Below the pieces are notes generated by a model, which saw nothing but the letters and a program-made list of their open reading frames with translations, was not told the DNA's origin and did not search any database. 52,269 bases of DNA from Myxococcales bacterium (GTDB lineage: Bacteria; Myxococcota_A; UBA9042), in the NCBI GenBank assembly GCA_037441385.1, contig JBBISH010000032.1, forward strand, positions 1 to 52,269, written 5' to 3'. The stretch's first letter is position 1. The number at the start of each line of letters is the position of its first letter. Positions 1-10,100 of the stretch are shown here, one piece after another. Made by a program: the position numbers and the translations under genes.

Positions 1-967
1 AGATCTGGGTGGTGCCGATGTCGGCGTGACCCAAAAGCGCTTGCACCGCCCGCAGATCCGCGCCGCCAGCCAGCAAGTGCGTGGCAAACGAGTGGCGCAG
101 CTTGTGCGGCGAGATGGGCTTGTCGATCTCGGCCTGCTGGGCGTAGCGCTTGACCAGCTTCCAGAACCCTTGCCGGGTCATAGGCTTGCACTGGCTCGTC
201 AGAAACAGCGCCTGCGCTTGCGGGCCCTTGCGCACCCGGGCGGTCCCGCGGGCCAGCAGGGGGCGCGCCTGCTCCAAGTACTCGACCAAGCGCGCCCGGG
301 CGATTTCGCCAATCGGCACCAGCCGTTCCTTGCGGCCCTTGCCGACGCAGCGCACCAGCCCGCGATCAAAGTCGACGTCGGCCAGGTTCAAGTTGACCAG
401 CTCGCTGACGCGCAGGCCGGTGGCGTATAGGGTCTCTAGCATCGCGGTGTCGCGCAGGGCGCGCTCGTGGGCGGTCCCCGGCGCCGCCAGCAGGCGCAGC
501 ACTTCTTCTTGGCTGAGCACATCGGGCAAGTCCCGGCCCTGCTTGGGCATGTCCAGGAGCGCGGCCGGATTGTCCTGCACCAGGCCGCGGTCCAGCAAGT
601 ACGCGCAAAAGCTGCGCAAGGTCGACATGTGCCGGGCGATCGAGCGCGGCTGCAGGCCGTCGGCTTGCAGGTCTTCCAGGTACTCGACCAAGGTGTCGTG
701 GTCCAAGTCGGCCGGCGTGTTGACGCCCAGCTGCTCGTCCAAGTGCTTGATCATCCGCTGCAGATCGCGCCCATAGGCCACCAGCGTGTTGCTGGCCATA
801 TTGCGCTCCAGCCGCAGGTGGCGCAAAAAGCGCTCGCCCGCCTGGTGCAACGTCGCCTCGGCGCGGAGCACGTCCAGTCGCGGCGGCGCCTCGGCCGGCG
901 GGGCGGCCTGGGGCTTGGGGGTCGGCTTGGTCGAGTGCGGCAAAGTGGTGGTTCGCATGTCGCCCAT
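1..967 (-). CDS. xerD: Tyrosine recombinase XerD (3' end runs off the window; start 967 or 958)
   Basis: Not in the ORF track because there is no stop in the window. Manual translation gives FLRHLRLERNMASNTLVAYGRDL, LRDTAMLETLYATGLRVSEL, GKGRKERLVP, MTRQGFWKLVKRYA, ISPHKLRHSFATHLL and LLGHADIGTTQI. These are Xer catalytic motifs, and TRQGFW is XerD-type. Confidence 0.93.
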   Translation of the reverse strand, partial: MGDMRTTTLPHSTKPTPKPQAAPPAEAPPRLDVLRAEATLHQAGERFLRHLRLERNMASNTLVAYGRDLQRMIKHLDEQLGVNTPADLDHDTLVEYLEDLQADGLQPRSIARHMSTLRSFCAYLLDRGLVQDNPAALLDMPKQGRDLPDVLSQEEVLRLLAAPGTAHERALRDTAMLETLYATGLRVSELVNLNLADVDFDRGLVRCVGKGRKERLVPIGEIARARLVEYLEQARPLLARGTARVRKGPQAQALFLTSQCKPMTRQGFWKLVKRYAQQAEIDKPISPHKLRHSFATHLLAGGADLRAVQALLGHADIGTTQI

Positions 968-993
968 CGTGCCGTGCGACGGGGTTTCGTCAA
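966..993 (-). promoter_or_regulatory. Putative sigma70 promoter of xerD
   Basis: TTGACG-N16-CACGAT, ending 7 nt before the ATG at 958. Confidence 0.4.
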
Positions 994-1301
994 ATTCTTG
1001 TGCAAGTGCTAGCAGTTGTATAGTTTTCTTGACAGTGTTGCCGAGTTGCGCTTGCCTGGGCGGTCGTCACTCAACCTGCTGAAACCAATCGAATCTGCCT
1101 CATCGAGTTCGCCGATGGCGGTCAATGGCCGTCGCCGCCGCCAGCGCGGCCACCGTGGCGGGATCTGGGCAAGAATCACCAAGCATCTCGCGACAATATG
1201 CGCCACTGCGACCGAACCCTGGATGGGCACTGCGCCTAGCGATCGCGGAACTTCCAGAATACGCGTTTAAAACCAATGAGATACAGTTATGTATCCACAG
1301 G

Positions 1302-3953
1302 TCAGCGCAACCCAGCGCCGCGGGCCTCGTCGACCAGGGCCGCCAAGATCTCGTGGGCCTGGCGAGGCGACAGCGCATCTGGATCCAACGCCGCGATCTT
1401 GTGAACGATCTGCACCAGCGACGGCTCGCGCGAGGTCGGCTCGGGCGGCGGCGGCAGGTCGTCGAACAGACCCTGCTGGCGACTGGACGCCGATTGCAGG
1501 GTCTTGGTTTGATTCTTCTTGTTGTTGCGCTCGAATTGGTCCAGCAGGTTGCGAGCCCGATCGATGACCGCTTCGGGCAGCCCGGCCAGCCGCGCCACCG
1601 TCACACCGTGCGAGCGCGAAGTGGGTCCCGGCTGCAGCTGATGGATGAACACCACCTCGCCACCCCATTCCTTGACCGCCACGTGCACGTTGCGCAACCT
1701 GCCAAGTTTGTTCGCAAGCACCGTCAGCTCGTGGTAGTGGGTGGCGCACAGGCACAGCGAGCGGGCGCGGTCGTGCATGCGCTCGAGCACGCTCCAGGCG
1801 ATCGCCAGCCCATCCCACGTCGAGGTCCCGCGGCCGATCTCGTCCAGCACCACCAGCGTGCGCGGCGTAGCTCGGGCAAGGATATCCGCCACTTCGCGCA
1901 TCTCGACCAAGAACGTCGACGCGCCCTCGGCGATGTCGTCGCCCGCGCCGATGCGCGTCAGCACCGCATCCAGGACGCCCATCACCGCCTGATCCGCCGG
2001 CACAAAACTGCCCGCCTGGCACAGGATGGTGCACAGCGCCACCTGCCGCATCAGCGTGGACTTGCCGGCCATGTTCGGCCCAGTGATCAGCAGCAGCTGC
2101 GCAGGATCGCCGGGCAGATTCGCGAGCACCTGCGGATCGGCACCCTCGCCGCACAGCGCCACGTCGTTGGCCACGAACTGCCCAGGCGGCAGCAGCGCTT
2201 CGATCACCGGGTGGCGGCACGCCTTCAGACCCAGCAGCGGCGCCTCGACCAGGGTCGGCTGCACCCAACCGCGCTCGCCGGCCAGCTCGGCAAACGCCGC
2301 GTGCACGTCCAGATCGGCCAGGGCGGCGGCGATGCCGCGCAACAGCGCACCGTTTCGGGCAATTTCGGCAAGCAGCGCCCGGTACAGCACGGACTCGCGG
2401 CTGTGGCGCTCGGACTCGGCGCGCAGCATCTTGCGCTCGAACTCGGCCAGATCCGGGGTGGTAAAGCGCTCGGCGTTCTTCAGCGTCTGCTTGCGCAGGT
2501 AGCCGTCAGGCACCGAAACCCCTTGCTTTAGACTGACTTCGATGCCGTAACCGCTGACACGGTTGAAATTGACTTTCAAACTCGTCAGACCGGTGCGCTG
2601 CCGCTCGCTCTGCTCGTACTGGTCCAGCCACTGCTGGCTGTGCTCGGTCAGGCGCACCCACTCGTCCAGCTCGGCGTCCCAGCCCGGCGCGATCGCCCCA
2701 CCATCGGCCAAGGTCGGCGGCGGCACGGCGGCCAGGCGCAGTTCCAGCGACGCCAACAGTTCGTCGGTACCGTCCAAGGCCCCCGCTAGCTGCGCCAGCG
2801 CCAGACTCTGTGGAGCCAAAAGGTCCAGCTGCGTCCGCACTTCGGGCAGGAGCCGCAGGGTCTCGCGCAGCGCCCCCAGTTCGCGCGGCGCGGCCAGCCC
2901 GGCGGCGCAGCGGGTCGCCACCCGGGCCACGTCGCACAGCCGGCTCATCCGGGCGCGCAGGTGTTGTTGGACTGGCCGGTCGCGCAGCAGCGCCGCCACC
3001 GCGCCGTGGCGCAGCTCGATGGCCCGCCGGTCAGCCAAGGGCGCGAGCACCAACGCCCGCAACCACCGGGCGCCGGCGGCGGTCTGGGTGCGGTCGATGG
3101 CCCCCAGCAGCGAGCCTTGCCGGCGACCCGTGCGCGACGTCTGCAAAAGCTCCAAGTGCGCCACGGCTTGCCACGGCAGCTGCAGGTGCGCGTGCTCGTC
3201 CAACCGCCGCGGCTCGCCCAGCCAGGCCGGCGACTGCGGCCGCACCTCGCCCAGGTAACTCCGCAAAAGCTCCAGCGCCGCCTCGACTTCCTGGCCCGGC
3301 TTGAATTCGGCCAGCGGTCGCTCGCAGCGCGCCACGTGCCGGACCTGCGGTTGCTGCTCCAGCCAGGCTTGGGCCCCTGGCCCCAGCACCAGCTCTTTGG
3401 CCTCCAGTCGCGCCAGCAGCACGCCCAGCGCCGCCGGGTGCAGTACGCGCGCCGCCTGGAGCTCGCCCGTCGAGGCATCGGCCACCGCCAGCCCCAGCCC
3501 ACCGCGCTTGACGGCCGCCAGCGCCACCAGGTGGTTGCTGCGGTGGGTATCCAGCGCCTCGGTCTCTAGGATCACGCCTGGGGTGATCACGTGGGTGACG
3601 CCGCGCTGGACGATGCCCTTGCTGGTGGCCGGGTCCGTCAGCTGTTCGACGATGGCACAGCGCCGGCCGCCCTCTACCGCCCGTTGCACGTGTCCCGGCA
3701 GGGCGTGGTACGGAAAGCCGCACATCGGAATCGGCCGCGCGTCGTTCTTGTTGCGCGAGGTAAGCGTCAGATCCAGCAGGCGGCTGGCCTCCAGCGCATC
3801 TTCGAAGAACAGCTCGTAGAAGTCGCCCAGCCGGAACAGCACCAGCGCGTCGGGATGCTGGCGCTTGGCGTCCAGCACCTGGCGCATCACCGGCGTCATG
3901 GCGTCGGGGTTCGCGTCGGCGGTGACGAGCCAGTGCGGAGTCGTTGGCAGCAT
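1302..3953 (-). CDS. mutS: DNA mismatch repair protein MutS
   Basis: FRLGDFYELFFEDA mismatch-binding motif, Walker A GPNMAGKS, STFLVEM, LDEIGRGT, ATHYHEL. Confidence 0.98.
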   Translation of the reverse strand: MLPTTPHWLVTADANPDAMTPVMRQVLDAKRQHPDALVLFRLGDFYELFFEDALEASRLLDLTLTSRNKNDARPIPMCGFPYHALPGHVQRAVEGGRRCAIVEQLTDPATSKGIVQRGVTHVITPGVILETEALDTHRSNHLVALAAVKRGGLGLAVADASTGELQAARVLHPAALGVLLARLEAKELVLGPGAQAWLEQQPQVRHVARCERPLAEFKPGQEVEAALELLRSYLGEVRPQSPAWLGEPRRLDEHAHLQLPWQAVAHLELLQTSRTGRRQGSLLGAIDRTQTAAGARWLRALVLAPLADRRAIELRHGAVAALLRDRPVQQHLRARMSRLCDVARVATRCAAGLAAPRELGALRETLRLLPEVRTQLDLLAPQSLALAQLAGALDGTDELLASLELRLAAVPPPTLADGGAIAPGWDAELDEWVRLTEHSQQWLDQYEQSERQRTGLTSLKVNFNRVSGYGIEVSLKQGVSVPDGYLRKQTLKNAERFTTPDLAEFERKMLRAESERHSRESVLYRALLAEIARNGALLRGIAAALADLDVHAAFAELAGERGWVQPTLVEAPLLGLKACRHPVIEALLPPGQFVANDVALCGEGADPQVLANLPGDPAQLLLITGPNMAGKSTLMRQVALCTILCQAGSFVPADQAVMGVLDAVLTRIGAGDDIAEGASTFLVEMREVADILARATPRTLVVLDEIGRGTSTWDGLAIAWSVLERMHDRARSLCLCATHYHELTVLANKLGRLRNVHVAVKEWGGEVVFIHQLQPGPTSRSHGVTVARLAGLPEAVIDRARNLLDQFERNNKKNQTKTLQSASSRQQGLFDDLPPPPEPTSREPSLVQIVHKIAALDPDALSPRQAHEILAALVDEARGAGLR

Positions 3954-3959
3954 AGGGAC

Positions 3960-4388
3960 TTACGGCTTGCCGGTGGTGCAGTTCAAGACGCGCACGATGG
4001 TCGGGCCCTGCACGTCACCGGGCGCCGCCGCCGGACAGACCACTTCTTCGGCCCATTGCCAGGTCGTGTTCGAGCGCGCTTGCAGCATCGCGGTCGCTCC
4101 GCGGGCCAGCGTCGCGCAACTGCGCCGCGGCTTGCCCAGGTCGTAGCGGTCGGGCTCCAACTCGCCGCCGATGAGCACTTCGGCATAGTCGGCCTGGCCC
4201 TTGCAGGTGGCGGACGACAGCTCGATCTGCAGGTCGCAGCGGCTGGTTGGGCACGGTTCGTTGGCGCTGCACTGGCACGTGGGCGCCTTGGGCGCGTCGG
4301 GGGGCGTGCCGGTCTGGCAGCCCAGGCTGGCCGCAACGGCGAGCGCCCCCAACATGCGTGTTTGCCAACGATTGCCCGCGCGGCTCAT
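3960..4388 (-). CDS. Hypothetical Cys-rich lipoprotein
   Basis: Hydrophobic signal ending in lipobox-like ASLGC; GGAGG upstream; stop lies 6 nt before the mutS start. Confidence 0.75.
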   Translation of the reverse strand: MSRAGNRWQTRMLGALAVAASLGCQTGTPPDAPKAPTCQCSANEPCPTSRCDLQIELSSATCKGQADYAEVLIGGELEPDRYDLGKPRRSCATLARGATAMLQARSNTTWQWAEEVVCPAAAPGDVQGPTIVRVLNCTTGKP

Positions 4389-4518
4389 GCTGCCTCCGCC
4401 GCACAGAATGCTCTGGATGCCGCGGTGACGTCAACGGCTTGACACCTTGGCGCGCTGGGCCGACCATCGGACCACTCGACGGCCACGCCAGGTGGATGCG
4501 GCACGACAGGAGCGGCGC

Positions 4519-4908
4519 TTGATTACCGAACACTCGCGCTTTCAGTTGGAGGCCAGCAAGCTCGGCCGCGACCTGATGTTTCAGGTCACGGTGTTCGAGA
4601 AAGAGGAACGCCGCCGCAAGAAGCTGTTTGCCGAGACGCAATGCAGCGACCCGTTCCACCTGGTGATCCAGTTCATCATCCGCGAGGCCCCGGACTTCGA
4701 GACGCTGCTGCAGCGCTTCGTGACCCAACTGGAGCACCGCGGCTTCATGCCGCAACGGATGCGGATGCGCGCCGAGGGGAAATGGCAGGATTGGCAGCCC
4801 GTTCCCTACGTGACGGGATCTGCGGTCGCGCCGGCCAACGATCCGCCCGTGATCGAGACGGCCGAGCAGAAGCCGGTCTCGACCAAGAACAAGGGCGCCC
4901 TGGGCTGA
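4519..4908 (+). CDS. Hypothetical protein
   Basis: TTG start preceded by AGGAG; GC3-biased codons; globular-looking composition; TTGACA at 4439. Confidence 0.75.
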   Translation: MITEHSRFQLEASKLGRDLMFQVTVFEKEERRRKKLFAETQCSDPFHLVIQFIIREAPDFETLLQRFVTQLEHRGFMPQRMRMRAEGKWQDWQPVPYVTGSAVAPANDPPVIETAEQKPVSTKNKGALG

Positions 4909-4932
4909 TCGCCGCGGCAATTCACCCAAAAA

Positions 4933-6909
4933 TCAAAGGTCTTTCCGTTGTCGGTAGGCCTCGCGCGCGCGCTCGCGAATGCGGCGGTTGCCGGCCGGAT
5001 CGCGCACGGTAATCCGCTCGGAATCCAGGTATTCGGCCAGCGGAATCAGGTGCTTGCGGGTCAGTCCCAGCGCGTCCTTCAGCTCGCCCGTGGTGAAGGC
5101 CTCGCGATCGGCAAACGCGGCTAGCACCTGATCGACGACCGCTTGCGCGTGGGGCTGCGTCAGCCACATCTCGTCGCCCACGCGGACCACCCGCGCCGCT
5201 GCTTGGGCCGCCTGCAAGACGGTCTGCACCTGCTTGGGCGCCCAGCTCAGCTCTTCGGCCAGTTGGTTCGGAGTCGGCGGCTGCAAACCGGCCGCGTCCA
5301 AGCGCCGGATCAGCTCCGCCATTTGCTCTTCGGTCGCCTGCAGTTGCGGCACAAAGCCCGGCTGCGCCCACAGCAGCCCGCGCTGCACCAGTTTGCCTTG
5401 CCGTGCCAGTCCCTGCAGGACTTCGGCGGCGAGCGCGGGCGCGACAAAGGCCACGCCGCGTTGCAGCGCCTCCAGCTCGATGCCCTGCCGACCCGGTTGC
5501 TGAGCATGGAAAGCCACAACCTGCCTGAACAAACGCGTCTCCACCTCGGCAAGCGCGGGCGGATCGAACAAGCTCGCGCCCAAGCGCCGCAGCTTGCCGG
5601 CAGCCAACAACCCCTTGACCGCCTTGGTCAAGGCCGCCGCCGGCGCCGCCTGCAGTTGCGGCAGCGTGGCCTCGTCCAGGCCCTGTAGACCGGCCAGGCG
5701 CACCAGGGCCTGCACGCGATCGTCCAGCGCCGGGGCGGCCAATTGCTGCAGGGCCGCCAGCACGGCCGGGTCGCCCAACCGATGCCGCGGTGGTGCGGGG
5801 TGCAGGATCGGCCCGCCGCCCAGCGTCTGGCCCAGCCGGGGATCGCGCTGCGTCCCGCGCAGCACTATGGGCGCTCCGGGCGGCAGCGGCATCGGCGCAT
5901 CCAAACGCAGTTGCACGGCACGGGTGGTCCCCGGCGGCTGCGGCGTGGCCTCGAGCTGCACCACCGTCGCCTCGCACCAGCTGGTGCCCAGGTGCACCGC
6001 GACCCGTTTCTGCAGGGCGAACGGTTGCACATGCGGCAAGGTGGTCAGCCGCACGTCGACGCGCTGCCCCACATGCAGCGAGCCGGGCGCCGCCAGCACG
6101 CAACCGATCGGCACGTCGTCCAGGGTCGCACCTGCCAAATTGAGCGCCACCCGCCCGGGCGCCTGCACGCTGCTTTGCGGCCGCCCCTGCTGCTGCAAGT
6201 CGCGCACGCGGAACTGGGTGGCCACGCTGGTACCGGGCCGCAGCGCCTGCACGTTTTGCTCCAGCTGCACCGCACCCGACGTCGCCGTACCCGCCACGAC
6301 GGTGCCGCGGCCCGCCAGCGAAAACGCCCGGTCGACGTGGAGCAAGAACGGCCGCGCGACCAAGTCCGCCGAAGCGGTCTGCTGATCCGCGAGCCCCTGC
6401 AGCCAACCTTGGAACGAACGGCGAAAAGCGTCCAGGCTCTGTGGGTCGCGGACCGAGACGCTCCAGACCGGCGCATTGTGTAGAAATGTGTCGCGCACCA
6501 AGTCTTTCAGATCATCGCGGGCCAACTCGAGCAGCGTGGCATCCACCAGATCTGCCTTGGTCAGCACCACCGCACCGCGCTGCACACCCAGGAGCTGACA
6601 AATTGCAAGGTGCTCGCGGCCTTGCGGCATGGCACCTTCGTCGGCCGCCACCACCAGCACCACCGCGTCGATGCCCGAGGCACCGGCAATCATGCGCTTG
6701 ACGAAGCGTTCGTGTCCGGGCATGTCGACCAAGGCCACCCGCTGCTGGCGCCCGTGCTGTTCGGGCAAATCCAGCCACGCAAAGCCCAGTTCGATGCTGA
6801 TCCCGCGGCGCTGCTCTTCGGGCAGGCGATCCGTCTCGATGCCGGTCAGTGCGCGCACCAGCGATGTCTTGCCGTGATCGACGTGCCCAGCGATTCCCAG
6901 GGTCAGCAC
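4933..6909 (-). CDS. selB: Selenocysteine-specific translation elongation factor
   Basis: [51 protein letters not shown] and a C-terminal winged helix [16 protein letters not shown]. Start is GTG 6909 with a GAAGGT RBS; the long N-terminal extension in the ORF track is a shadow frame. Confidence 0.97.
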   Translation of the reverse strand: MLTLGIAGHVDHGKTSLVRALTGIETDRLPEEQRRGISIELGFAWLDLPEQHGRQQRVALVDMPGHERFVKRMIAGASGIDAVVLVVAADEGAMPQGREHLAICQLLGVQRGAVVLTKADLVDATLLELARDDLKDLVRDTFLHNAPVWSVSVRDPQSLDAFRRSFQGWLQGLADQQTASADLVARPFLLHVDRAFSLAGRGTVVAGTATSGAVQLEQNVQALRPGTSVATQFRVRDLQQQGRPQSSVQAPGRVALNLAGATLDDVPIGCVLAAPGSLHVGQRVDVRLTTLPHVQPFALQKRVAVHLGTSWCEATVVQLEATPQPPGTTRAVQLRLDAPMPLPPGAPIVLRGTQRDPRLGQTLGGGPILHPAPPRHRLGDPAVLAALQQLAAPALDDRVQALVRLAGLQGLDEATLPQLQAAPAAALTKAVKGLLAAGKLRRLGASLFDPPALAEVETRLFRQVVAFHAQQPGRQGIELEALQRGVAFVAPALAAEVLQGLARQGKLVQRGLLWAQPGFVPQLQATEEQMAELIRRLDAAGLQPPTPNQLAEELSWAPKQVQTVLQAAQAAARVVRVGDEMWLTQPHAQAVVDQVLAAFADREAFTTGELKDALGLTRKHLIPLAEYLDSERITVRDPAGNRRIRERAREAYRQRKDL

Positions 6910-6973
6910 AGGCCACCTTCCGGGCGGCCAAAGGGCCGCAGCGCGCCCAAGCACAGCGCGCCCGGGGCACCTG

Positions 6974-7009
6974 AGGATAATTGACCACCGCCGCTGCGCA
7001 AGGTAGCGT
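6974..7009. promoter_or_regulatory. Overlapping divergent sigma70-type promoters (selB and TPR gene)
   Basis: Plus strand: TTGACC(6981)-N17-TAGCGT(7004). Minus strand: TTGCGC(7001-6996)-N16-TATCCT(6979-6974). Confidence 0.5.
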
Positions 7010-7125
7010 GTGCTAGCGGTGACCAGGGTCACTGCGGCCACCGCGAAAGGCCGAGACCCTGCAACCGGCAACCCTTGGCCCGACCCCAAGCGATCCAGGT
7101 CGGCCCCCCTGGCGAGGTGCAGCGC

Positions 7126-10100
7126 GTGAACGTTCGCTGTCCGCATTGTAGCGCGGTGTTTTCCACGGGCGGAATGCCAGCCGGCGCCGCCAAGTCGGTC
7201 GAGTGCCCGCTGTGCCTGATGCGCTTCGAGGCGCAAGACGAGCAAACTGCCAGTGTGGCGTCTATCTCGGCGCAGCGGCCGTTGCCGACCGCCCTCCCCA
7301 CCGGCGAATCGACCGCCACGATGGGCGGGCCGGCCAGCAAGACCGTGAACTTGGGTTCGAGCGGCGCCGGGAGTCCGCCGTCCAAGGTCGTCGCCACCGT
7401 GATCGCCGACGCCGACGCCGACATCGACATCGACTTTGAATCGCTGTTGTCCGACGCGTCCAACGCAGTGGACAAACACACGGTTGGCAACCGCACCAAC
7501 CCGTTCGCCCGGATCGCCGCACCGCGCTCGGGCGCGCCGGCCGCCTTGGATCAAGAAGCCATCTTTGCCGGTGCCGCGCGCCGGCCTAGCCAGGTGGCCC
7601 CTTCGGCCTTTGATCTGGCGCCAACGCAGGTCTTGGCTCCCGGCGTGAGCCCCTTGAGTGAAGGCCGCACCTCCGCGACCGGGCCAAGCAGTCCCGCCGG
7701 CCCCGCGCTGCCTGCAGCCGAAGAGGAATCCCTCTTTGAGTCCGGCGCCATCAGCCGCGCCGCCGATCCCGACATGCCGCGCAGCCGGCCGATCGGCATC
7801 GAGCCAGCCGAGCGGCGGCCCGCCCGCTCCGCGGGTCGCGGCGGCAAGACCCAAAGCAAGGGCAAGGTCAAACCGCTCTTTACCTTCGACCGGCTGCTGG
7901 CAGCCGCCATGCTGGTGGCCGCAGCCGGCGTGGCCACCGACTATGCAGGATTGGGGCTGTTTGCCAGCAAACTGTGGAAAGCCGAGGCCCCGGACAAGAA
8001 TCGCCCGCAGCGCGCCGTGCCGGCCGACTTGAGCAAGGCCGTTGCCCTGGACGACACCCGCCAAAGCTACGAGCTGGAGTTGGCCCGTCTGGACAAGCTG
8101 TCCAAGCTGCGCAAAGACGACGAACAGGTGCGCGCCCGCCGCATCACGCTCTACTTGGACTTGTACGAGCGCTACCCCGAGGCTCTGGAAGAGCCCGAGA
8201 TCAAAGCCGGATTCGAGAGTCTGAAGAAGGCCGGCGCCCTGCCCAAAGCCCGCTTGGCCGCGCTGGAAGCCAACGCCAAAGAGGGGCCGGCCGCGGCGCT
8301 GGCCCACGCCGATGCCTTGAAGGCCGGGAGCCCCGACGATCGCGGTCTGCTGGCGCGCATGTACCAGCTGGATTTTCAAATGCGTTTGCGGCGGCAAGCC
8401 CTGGATCGCCCTGGCCTGACGGCAGCGCCCGATACCGACCCGTTGCGAACGCCGGCCGGGGACGACGTGGGCCTGTCCGCCGCGGCGACGCTGATCGACG
8501 GGGTGCTGGCGCAAAATCCAAAACTCGAGAACGCGATCAAGTTCAAGGCATTGCGCGGCGCCATCGCCGACGCCCAGGGCCGGTATGCCGAAGCCGAAGC
8601 CATCCTGACGCCGCTCGTCCACGTGGCGCCAGAGAACCTGGAAGTGCGCTTGACGCTGGCCTCTGCGCTGTTGGACGCGGGCAAAGCCGAGCAGGCCCAG
8701 ACCCACCTGGACAAGATCACGGTCACGCTGGTGAGCACGCCGCAGCCCTGGGTGGCGCGCGAGCAGAACCTGATCGTGGCGCGGCAGGCGGGTCGGCGCG
8801 GCGATCACGACTCGCAGATCTCGGCGCTGGCCACAGTGCTAGAAAGCAACCCCAGCGACGAACTCACCACCGTGCGCGTGGCGCGCCTGAACATGCTGGA
8901 AAAGCACCTGGACGACGCCAACAAGCTGCTGGTCGCCGGCAAGAGCAAGCACAAATTCAGGTCCGTGGCGTTCGTGGTCGCGATGACCGAGTACTGGCTG
9001 ATGGTCAACCGCAACGACGATGCGCTGGCCGAGATCAGCGAGGCAACCAAGGCGGCACCAGACTCGCTGGAATTGCTGTACCTGCGTGGCCAGGTGGAAG
9101 ACAAGCAATCGCACTACGCCACCGCTAGCAATTACTTTGCCCAGGTGCTGCAGCGCGAACCGCGGCACCTGCGGGCGGCGATCCGGTTGGCCGAACTGCA
9201 GTCTGCGGCCGGTCGTCACGACGAGGCGCTCGCCACTTTGGAACAGGCGCGCAAAAAGGTGGGCGATGAAGAGAACCTGCTGCGTCTGGCCGCCGAAGAG
9301 CTGGGCCTGCTCAAGCGCGACGACGAGGCGCGCCGGCTGCTGAGCCAGTTGCTGGCCGCCCAGCCCGACAACCGCCGCTACTTGCTGCGGGCCGCGCAGA
9401 TGGACTTGCGCTCGGGCAATCCAGACGTGGCGCTGACGTCGCTGCGCAAGCTGCGGGCGCAAAAGGCGCTGGACCGCAACGCGGCAACGCAGATGACGAT
9501 GGCCTTGGTCGACAAGAAGAATTTTGCCGAGGCCGCGGCAACGATCGAGCCCTTTGCCGACGAGGCGCCGACCGACATCGAGCTCAATACGCTGGCCGGC
9601 AAGGTCGAGCTCGACGCCCAAGAAGTCGAGAAAGCGACCGTCTACATCGGCCGGGCCGTGCAGACCGCCAACGGCAAGAGCGCCGAGGCCCTGTTCCAGT
9701 ACGGGCGGCTGGCCTTCCGCAAGGGCGACGTGGCTCAAGGGATTTCGCGGATCAAGCAGGCCGTCGAAATCGACACCAGCGCCCACTTCTACCGCTTTGA
9801 GCTGGCCCGGCAATTGCTCGAACGGCACCCCGACGCGCCCCTGCGCAAGCTGGCGGTCGAGCAGCTGCAGTCGGTGGTGCGCAGCGCTACCGCCTTTGAG
9901 CAGATCGGCAAGCCAGTGCGTTACTTGCCCGAAGTCCATCGGCTTTTGGCCAAGGCGTTCCTAATCGACCACCAGTACAACAAGGCGGTGGCGGCGCTCA
10001 AGGCGCTGCTGGAACTCAAGCCCGACGACCTGGACGGCAAGGCTCAGCTGGGCCGCTGCTATGTGGAGCAAGGCAACGACGCGGGCGGGCAGATTCTGCG

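Noticed and set aside
1..967. Tyrosine recombinase as a prophage or island integrase
   Set aside because: XerD-type motifs, housekeeping neighbours, and no att, tRNA or phage genes
1270..1297. dif site next to xerD (TTATGT core)
   Set aside because: No XerC arm ending in ATAA, and the right arm diverges after TTATGT
6910..8808. 633-aa N-terminal extension of SelB in the ORF track
   Set aside because: Antisense shadow of the TPR gene; SelB homology and the RBS begin at 6909
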